Origin: a virus | Taxonomy: Duplodnaviria > Caudoviricetes | Virus record (IMG/VR): IMGVR_UViG_3300010366_000040 | Span: 1 to 31,356 of that record | Strand: one strand, 5' to 3' | DNA: 31,356 nucleotides | Notes under the pieces: model-generated | Seen by the model: only the letters and a program-made list of their open reading frames with translations | The model's database searches: none | What the model was told of the DNA's origin: nothing | Program-made: the position numbers and the translations under genes | In this document: positions 25,326 through 31,356 of the stretch, piece by piece | How the letters are laid out: each line of letters starts with the position of its first letter | How positions within the stretch are numbered: position 1 is the first letter of the stretch

Positions 25326-25576
25326 CAGACCCGCCCGGGCTCCACGCTAACCCAGTCGCTGACGTTCGCCCACCACTGATAGAAGTCGAGCGGGTTGTCC
25401 GAGTAGTAGTCGGGCTTGGTGGCGTTGAACAGGATCGGGTCGTCGGCCTCGGCCTTGATCGTGTGGCCCTCCTGGTAAGGCAGATATGCAGCGTCGTAAG
25501 CCGAGGACATCCCGAGCGGCGTGTCCGGGAACGTGTACGGCTTGCCCTCGGGGGACTCAGGCGGGATGTCGCCCAT
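25325..25576 (-). CDS. hypothetical protein (83 aa)
   Basis: SD GGAGGAG, ATG start, coupled stop. Confidence 0.75.
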   Translation of the reverse strand: MGDIPPESPEGKPYTFPDTPLGMSSAYDAAYLPYQEGHTIKAEADDPILFNATKPDYYSDNPLDFYQWWANVSDWVSVEPGRV

Positions 25577-25922
25577 TGCTCTCCTCCTCCTTGCGTCGGC
25601 GTTCCTCCAGTGAGGCCAGCTCGTCGCTCCAGTCGGTCGGGCTCAGGTCGAGCACGGCCGGGGTGTACTCGCGCTCGAAGTACTCGGCCTGCCGCTCCCG
25701 GATCGGGGCCCGGCACACCGGGCACGAGAGCGGCCACGGCACCTCGAACACCTCCAGGCAGCGGGCGCAGGCGTAGCCGGTGCGGATCCGCTCGGTCGAC
25801 TCGCGGTCGAAGGTGACCTTGACACCGCGCCGGAGCGCGAGCTTGCCGTTCACCTCTTCGAGGGTGACCTCGTTGGCGGGCTCGACGTCGAGCACCACCA
25901 GCGGCCTGCGCCAGTCAGCCAA
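25557..25922 (-). CDS. zinc-ribbon protein (121 aa)
   Basis: SD GGAGG, TTG start at 25922; CARC...CPVC. Confidence 0.75.
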   Translation of the reverse strand: MADWRRPLVVLDVEPANEVTLEEVNGKLALRRGVKVTFDRESTERIRTGYACARCLEVFEVPWPLSCPVCRAPIRERQAEYFEREYTPAVLDLSPTDWSDELASLEERRRKEEESNGRHPA

Positions 25923-26487
25923 GGACTTCCTCCGGCTCGGGCTGCAGCTCGGCCAGCGCCGCCGGGTCGGCAAGCAGCTCCTCCAGGGCGAGGATGACGT
26001 CGTCGCGCTGCTGGTGGGTGCGCTCGTAGGCGAGCACGTCCGCGAGGTCGTAGCCCTCGTCGATCAGCTTGCGCACCAGCGCCTTGGTGCCGCCCTGGTA
26101 CAGGTCGTAGTTCGGCCACGGCGCGGGCACCGTCGGCTCGGCGACGAGCAGCACGTCGAGCGAGGTGCGGCAGTAGTCGAGCAGGGTCTGCTCGACCAGG
26201 TCGCGCTCCTCGTCCGACCAGCCTTCGAGCCCGGCCGTGTGCTCGCTGTCGAAGCGGCCGATGCGGAAGTCGGGCGCGACCGTGGTCGCCTCGTCTTCGA
26301 GCTGGCCCAGGCCGTTGAACGACCAGGTGGTGACCGCCAGCTCGCGCTCGTCGGGGAGCAGGCCGACCGGCTCGAAGACCGCGTACAGCCCGCGCTGAGT
26401 GGTGCGCGAGAGCCCGGACGCGTAGGCCTCCTCGATGTGCGCCCTGACCTGCAGGCCGAAGCGGCCGTACTTGGATACGAATCGCAT
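25915..26487 (-). CDS. hypothetical head-region protein (190 aa)
   Basis: SD AAGGAGG, ATG start; directly downstream of the capsid gene. Confidence 0.8.
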   Translation of the reverse strand: MRFVSKYGRFGLQVRAHIEEAYASGLSRTTQRGLYAVFEPVGLLPDERELAVTTWSFNGLGQLEDEATTVAPDFRIGRFDSEHTAGLEGWSDEERDLVEQTLLDYCRTSLDVLLVAEPTVPAPWPNYDLYQGGTKALVRKLIDEGYDLADVLAYERTHQQRDDVILALEELLADPAALAELQPEPEEVLG

Positions 26488-26503
26488 GTCCCTCCTTGAG
26501 GTG

Positions 26504-26547
26504 TTCGGGGGCGGTGAGCACCGTCCAAGCGCGACCCCGCCCCCGAA
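26504..26547 (-). terminator. stem-loop after the major capsid gene
   Basis: 11-bp inverted repeat TTCGGGGGCGG / CCGCCCCCGAA; probable attenuator or mRNA-stabilising hairpin. Confidence 0.55.
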
Positions 26548-26554
26548 TGTGTTC

Positions 26555-27742
26555 CTACGTCGAGCTGTAGATCATCCCGTGGCAGCGCTCGTGCGCGATC
26601 TCGTACGTCGCCTCGGTGAGGTACTCGGCGTTGTAGGAGTCCTTGCCTCCCGGCTGCCGCTCGGTCAGGAGCTTCGTGTCCCGGTCGCGCAGCGGCCTGC
26701 GCTCGATGTAGTCCATGTCGAGCAGGAAGCCGTACGAGCCGTACCCGCCGACGGCGGGGAACCCGGCCCACTCCCGCTTCACCACGACGGGCACCCGGTA
26801 GCCGTACGCGCCGTTGATGAACGCGTCGACCTTGACGCCGTGAGTGCTGGCGTCCGCGGGCTCCCAGTACTGGCCCATGCCGTTGCGGTTCCACTTCGAC
26901 ATCGCGGCGGCGACCTTCGGGGCGCAGAAGAACACCTTGCCGTCGCCGTTGCCGTGGGCCATCACGTCCTGGGCGAACAGGTCGAAGAAGTCCGGGGTGA
27001 GCCCCGTCGACCCGGCCAGCCAGTCGCGCTTGATCGTGGAGATGTACTCGATCACGCCACCGGCCGAGCCCTGCGGCTCGTTCTCCGGCGGAGCCGAGGT
27101 GAGGAACGAGCGCGCCCCGAAGAACCCGATCGTCTCCCACTTCTTCTTGTGCTCCCGCGCCTTGCGCTTCGCCTCCTTCGCGGGCTCGCGACCGCCGTAC
27201 AGCTCGATCGCGGTGGTGGTGTTCGTGAACCCCCACGGCGTCCGCGTGATCTGCGTGTAGTTGTAGCCCAGCACGCGGGCGAGGTAGCGCGGGGTGGGGA
27301 AGTTCGCGCCCTGCGGCTGCGAGTCCGCCGTGACCAGGAACGTGTCACCGGAGTTGACGGCGGCGGCGGGGATCGAGCCGACCCCGTTGTTGACGGTGAG
27401 AGCGTCGGTGGCGACGGTGACGATCCGGCTCATCTCGCCCGTGCGCATGTTGCGGATCATGTCGTTGGCCTGGACGATCTTGCCCTGACCGGCGGTCAAG
27501 GTGAGCGCGCCCGAACCCGACGTCTGCGCACCGGCAGCGGTGACGGTGCGAGGGAAATCTTCCTCTTCCAGCCAATTCACCTTTTCTCTTGTCGCCACCC
27601 TTGACGACAGGCGCGACGACATCGTGGTGAACTGGGTGTCCTCGGGATCGAGGGTGCGGATCCGGTCGTCCATGTCGACGACACGCTCGTCCGGTACCGG
27701 CTCCTCAGTCCCGATGTTGCCGGTTTGGATGGTTCCGGCCAT
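26555..27742 (-). CDS. major capsid protein (SU10 / DUF5309-like)
   Basis: VVDMDDRIRTLDPEDTQF, KVNWLEE, NYTQI, GGVIEYI and C-terminal EYLTEATYEIAHERCHG; follows the scaffold gene. Confidence 0.9.
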   Translation of the reverse strand: MAGTIQTGNIGTEEPVPDERVVDMDDRIRTLDPEDTQFTTMSSRLSSRVATREKVNWLEEEDFPRTVTAAGAQTSGSGALTLTAGQGKIVQANDMIRNMRTGEMSRIVTVATDALTVNNGVGSIPAAAVNSGDTFLVTADSQPQGANFPTPRYLARVLGYNYTQITRTPWGFTNTTTAIELYGGREPAKEAKRKAREHKKKWETIGFFGARSFLTSAPPENEPQGSAGGVIEYISTIKRDWLAGSTGLTPDFFDLFAQDVMAHGNGDGKVFFCAPKVAAAMSKWNRNGMGQYWEPADASTHGVKVDAFINGAYGYRVPVVVKREWAGFPAVGGYGSYGFLLDMDYIERRPLRDRDTKLLTERQPGGKDSYNAEYLTEATYEIAHERCHGMIYSST

Positions 27743-27826
27743 GGGCCCTCCTGCAAGGAACGAAGTGACTGGTTTCGGTGTCGCTTCGGCCTGCCGGGGT
27801 GTCCCTACTGAGAGGGGCCCGTTGGC

Positions 27827-28867
27827 TTACTGGGCGAACTCGGCGTCGAACTGTTCGAGCGTGAGGCCCGGCATCAGACGCTGCTGCCGCCGGGGTGTCT
27901 CACTCGCCGAAGGCGCTGAGGACGCAGACGATACCACCGCGCCTTCGCGCTCGTCCTCGGCCTGCTGGCGATGCTTGCGCTTCAAGTCGTTCTTGGCGCT
28001 GCGCACGCTCGCGCTAGAAGCTCGGGCGATCTCGTAGATGCCGATGATCCCGCGGGCCGCCACGTTCACGTCGCCGGACTTGGCGTCGTGAACGAGCGGG
28101 TGTCCGGGCCCGAGCTGGTTCAGCACGCCGATCATCTGCGCCTCGTAGGCACGCATGTCGGGAATGTTCTCCGCGAGCACGTCGAGCAGGACTCCGGTGT
28201 CGACCGGCTGCGGCTCGGGCGTCTGCGCCCGGCGCTCCTCGCCGTCGAGGTACTGCAGCGCGCGCAGGCCGTCGGCGGGCTGCTCGCGCACCCACTCGTT
28301 CGCGACGGCGCGCGCCAGGCCGAACTCGCCCTCCTGCGCGGCGCGCTGCACGTACAGGCCGGGGTTGCCGGACGTGACCGCCTCCTCGACCCACTGCTGC
28401 TGCTCGGCGGTGAGGAAGCCGACCGTGGGAGCGAACGCCTGCTGCTGCTCGACGAACGCCTCCAGCTCGGCGACGCGCTGGGCGAGCGCCGCCTTCTCCG
28501 AGCCCTGGCGGCCGATGACGCGCTGCAGCTCCGTCGCGCCGCGCAGCGCCTCGCCGAGGTCGCCGCCGTACTTCGCGAGGTACGCCCGGATCTCGGGGTT
28601 GTCGGTGTCGAACGCCGCCGTGACAGACTCTTCGGGCTGCTCGCCCTCACCCTCATCGTCGTCGCTCTCTTCCTCGTCCTCGTCCTCCTCATCTCCGGAA
28701 TCGGGAACGCCACCCTCGTCCTCCTCTTCCTGCTCGTCCTCCTGCTCGTGTTCCGGCTCTTCCTCCGGTGAGTCGGGCTCGGGGGCGTCGACGACGGCCT
28801 GGGCGTCCTCCTCCTGGATGTCGTCCCAGGCGCTCACGATCTGCGCGGTCACCTCTTCGGGAGTCAC
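27827..28867 (-). CDS. capsid scaffolding protein
   Basis: Very acidic N-terminus, helical body, located between portal and capsid genes. Confidence 0.8.
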   Translation of the reverse strand: MTPEEVTAQIVSAWDDIQEEDAQAVVDAPEPDSPEEEPEHEQEDEQEEEDEGGVPDSGDEEDEDEEESDDDEGEGEQPEESVTAAFDTDNPEIRAYLAKYGGDLGEALRGATELQRVIGRQGSEKAALAQRVAELEAFVEQQQAFAPTVGFLTAEQQQWVEEAVTSGNPGLYVQRAAQEGEFGLARAVANEWVREQPADGLRALQYLDGEERRAQTPEPQPVDTGVLLDVLAENIPDMRAYEAQMIGVLNQLGPGHPLVHDAKSGDVNVAARGIIGIYEIARASSASVRSAKNDLKRKHRQQAEDEREGAVVSSASSAPSASETPRRQQRLMPGLTLEQFDAEFAQ

Positions 28868-29175
28868 TGCACCTCAGCTCCTTGCTGTCGTAGGACTTGG
28901 TCGAGCCGGGACTCCGCGCCCTCCGGGACGGCGAGCACGTACTGCATCCCCTTCAGGAAGCCGCGGATGAACGCCTGCCGCTCCAGGCTCATCCCGTCGA
29001 CGATCAACGCGGACGACGCCTCGCGGCGGAAGCCCTCGCTGCGATCCTCGACCACCGCCCTGAGCACCGGCCAGGCGGTGTGCTTGGTGAGCGCGGTCAG
29101 CTCGCCCTGGCGCACGATCAGGTTGCGCCGCTCCTGCTCGCTCAGAACTCGTCTAGGACGGGGCACCGCCGCCAC
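28864..29175 (-). CDS. small portal-adjacent protein (Bbp19-like position)
   Basis: Helical ~100 aa (LTKHTAWPVL...FIRGFLKGM) between portal and scaffold; the start could be GTG 29166. Confidence 0.7.
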   Translation of the reverse strand: MAAVPRPRRVLSEQERRNLIVRQGELTALTKHTAWPVLRAVVEDRSEGFRREASSALIVDGMSLERQAFIRGFLKGMQYVLAVPEGAESRLDQVLRQQGAEVQ

Positions 29176-31084
29176 CGCCGTTCGCCGGGCCGCCGTAACG
29201 GGCCATCATCTGCTGCATCGCGCCCTCCGGTGACATGGTCTGGGTGTTCGACGGGCTCGACGGCCCGGCGGCAAGGTCGACGTTGGTGGTGCCGCTCGGG
29301 TTCTGACCGGGCGGCGGGCCCGGCGGAAGCTGCTGCTGCTGGGCCTGCTGCGGCTGCGCCTGCTGCTGCCCCGCCTGCAGCGCGCCCGTCTGCGACGGCA
29401 GGAAGAACCGCTCGTGGTCGAGGATGTCGTACGCCTCCAGCGTCTCCTCCATGAACGCCTTCAGGTTCAACGGGGCCCCCGACTGGGCCATGATCGGCGC
29501 GGACTGCACCGCGATCTGCAGCAGCGACTGCTTCTCCGCGCGGCGCTCCTGGCGCATCAGGCTGTCCGAGGTGACGTCGATCGTGAAGTCGAAGTCGCCC
29601 TGGATCTCCAACGGCGAGATCGACCGGTACGCCGCCGCGCCCGGAGCGCCGAGCACCTTGATGATCCGGTCGTCGCGGAGGAACTGCTGGTAGAGCAGCA
29701 CGAAGTTCTTCGCCACCTTCGCGTACGCCCACAGGTAATGCTGCTTGCGGGCCTGGATCAGACGCTGCGCGATCGTAGTGATGATCGACACGCCCGTCGC
29801 CGTCTGCTGGTCGATCGTCTGCGAGTCCGCGCCGCCCGAGTACGGCAGGCCGCCCATGATGTTCTGCAGGTCGCCCTTCAGCAGGCTCTCCGCCTGCAGG
29901 GTGATGTTCGCGACCGTCGGGTCGATCTTCAGCACGTCGACCTGGCCGGGATCCTCGACGAACCACTGCGCGTTCGGGGCCCACTCGAACGCCTCCGGAT
30001 CGTCGACGTCGGAGCGGATCAGCGTGATCAGGTTCGCCAGCATCCGCACCACGTCGAGGCGCTGGTTCTGCAACGTCCACAGCATCTCCTGGAGCTGCGC
30101 CAGCGCCTCGACGACGCTGAGCCCGGGGATCTGGAACGCGTCCGGCATCGAGCTGCAAACCGTGAACGGCATCCGCCCGTTCCACAGCGGGTTCTTGCGG
30201 TCGAGCAGCTCCAGGGTGCGGTCGCCGACCGTGATCACACGCTCCGGCGTCCAGTACTCCAACACCTCGTGCAGATCCTGGGTGCGGTCGATCCCGCGCA
30301 GCTTCATCTCCCGCGCGGTGACCGACTTCATCGTCGCCGAGTTCGACGCCAGCTTCAGCTTGTCCAGGTTCTTGTAGATGCCCTTGCGGCGGAGCTGCTC
30401 GGTCGTCTCCCAGGTTCGGTGGATCAGATACTCGGCCTTGGCCGCGTTCGGGGCCACGCTCGGCCAGAAGAAGTCGCGCATGTCGAGCACCTCGACGCAC
30501 GCGTCGTCGACGATCAGCGCCTTCTTCGTCACGTCGACGCGGTGGGACATCAGCGAGTCGACCTGGTTGCCGTACCCGTCCTCGACCACGATCTCCTCCG
30601 GGGCCAGACGGGTGACGTCGCGGCGCTCCGAGATCCAGTAGTCCTTGAAGCCGGTGATCCCGGCGATCAAGTCCTGCTGCATGAAGTCGCGCTGCTTCTC
30701 CGGGAAATGGTCGCGGTCGAACGCGTAACGCACCAGGTCGGAGATCCCCTCCACCGACGACATGCGCGCGAGCACCTCCGCAAGGGGCTCGTCCGGGCGG
30801 GGGCGCGGCTGGATGTTGAAGCGCGGGTTCGGCTCCAGCATCGTCGCCAGCATCCCCTCGCACGTCTGCAGCACGTACGGGGTGGTGACGTTCGAGTGCC
30901 AGTCGTCGGGGTCTGAGTCGCCGCCCTGCTGAGCTTCGGCGAGGCCGCGGTAGGCGTTGTAGCGGCGCTCGACCTTCTCCACGAACGAGTCGTGGTAGCG
31001 GCGCTCGCAGTCCTCGACGGCCTTCACCACCAGCCGGACGGAATCGTCGAGCTTGGTGCCGTCGTACAGGTCTTGCTCAGCCAC
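29153..31084 (-). CDS. portal protein (P22/SU10-like podovirus type)
   Basis: 643 aa; DMRDFFWP, EVLEYW, MPFTV...PGLSVVE, QTATGVS, IQGDFDF motifs; Q/P-rich C-terminal tail. Confidence 0.92.
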   Translation of the reverse strand: MAEQDLYDGTKLDDSVRLVVKAVEDCERRYHDSFVEKVERRYNAYRGLAEAQQGGDSDPDDWHSNVTTPYVLQTCEGMLATMLEPNPRFNIQPRPRPDEPLAEVLARMSSVEGISDLVRYAFDRDHFPEKQRDFMQQDLIAGITGFKDYWISERRDVTRLAPEEIVVEDGYGNQVDSLMSHRVDVTKKALIVDDACVEVLDMRDFFWPSVAPNAAKAEYLIHRTWETTEQLRRKGIYKNLDKLKLASNSATMKSVTAREMKLRGIDRTQDLHEVLEYWTPERVITVGDRTLELLDRKNPLWNGRMPFTVCSSMPDAFQIPGLSVVEALAQLQEMLWTLQNQRLDVVRMLANLITLIRSDVDDPEAFEWAPNAQWFVEDPGQVDVLKIDPTVANITLQAESLLKGDLQNIMGGLPYSGGADSQTIDQQTATGVSIITTIAQRLIQARKQHYLWAYAKVAKNFVLLYQQFLRDDRIIKVLGAPGAAAYRSISPLEIQGDFDFTIDVTSDSLMRQERRAEKQSLLQIAVQSAPIMAQSGAPLNLKAFMEETLEAYDILDHERFFLPSQTGALQAGQQQAQPQQAQQQQLPPGPPPGQNPSGTTNVDLAAGPSSPSNTQTMSPEGAMQQMMARYGGPANGGGGGAPS

Positions 31085-31356
31085 CGAGCGCAGCTCCGAC
31101 CGGCCCGGCGTTCGCGCCCGGCCCGCCCTGCAACGCGCGGGCGAGGCTCTTCAGGTCGCCCGATTGGGCCGACTGCTGGTTCGACGCCTTCAGCTTCAGC
31201 ACCGTCTGCAGCGCCTGCGCCGCGACGGCACGGTCGGCCTGGTCGGGGTCGAGCTGGATGAACGCGTGCAGCGCCTCCTCGGCCGCGTCGAGCGCTTCCA
31301 TCGAGTTCGAGAAGCCGCCCTGGCCGCCCTGGTCGCTCGGCGGGCCGCCGCCGAGA
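31077..31356 (-). CDS. hypothetical protein, 5' end outside the window
   Basis: Reading frame stays open to the window edge; stop overlaps the portal start. Confidence 0.65.
   Translation of the reverse strand, partial: LGGGPPSDQGGQGGFSNSMEALDAAEEALHAFIQLDPDQADRAVAAQALQTVLKLKASNQQSAQSGDLKSLARALQGGPGANAGPVGAALGG

Larger units (their letters stand above)
1..31356. mobile_element. temperate podovirus-type phage (partial genome)
   Basis: Portal, capsid, adaptor, nozzle, ejection proteins, endolysin, int and xis; no tape-measure, tube or sheath genes; no host housekeeping genes. Confidence 0.93.

Noticed and set aside
28650-28780. TCC/TCG-rich repeat-like DNA
   Set aside because: It simply encodes the Asp/Glu-rich N-terminus of the scaffold protein.

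Overview
The window is a ~70% GC temperate, podovirus-type phage segment. The host is probably an actinobacterium (inference). The minus strand (5553-31356) is one contiguous late operon: portal, scaffold, SU10/DUF5309-like major capsid, small structural genes, tail fibre/collar genes, an amidase lysis cassette, adaptor, nozzle, three ejection-type proteins (one of 2475 aa) and a dual-domain cell-wall hydrolase. The plus strand (1-5156) carries a hairpin-dense leader, a small ORF, and a stand-alone Cas7/RAMP-like gene (649-1389). Directly after that gene is a ~670-nt non-coding tract with a 4-nt GG-NN periodicity, punctuated by two copies of a conserved hairpin. Then come xis, a tyrosine integrase and a self-contained two-gene moron. 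The two arms converge on a probable intact attP with paired direct repeats. The best candidate for a new system is the Cas7-like gene plus GG-NN array: a putative RNA-guided module resembling, from my unverified recollection, VIPR-type GGY/NN systems but with a 4-nt rather than 5-nt unit. Other notable items are a likely nested out-of-frame gene in the giant ejection protein, a structured RNA at 78-412 and an internal start in the endolysin. All protein calls are from motif recognition by eye; no searches were run.
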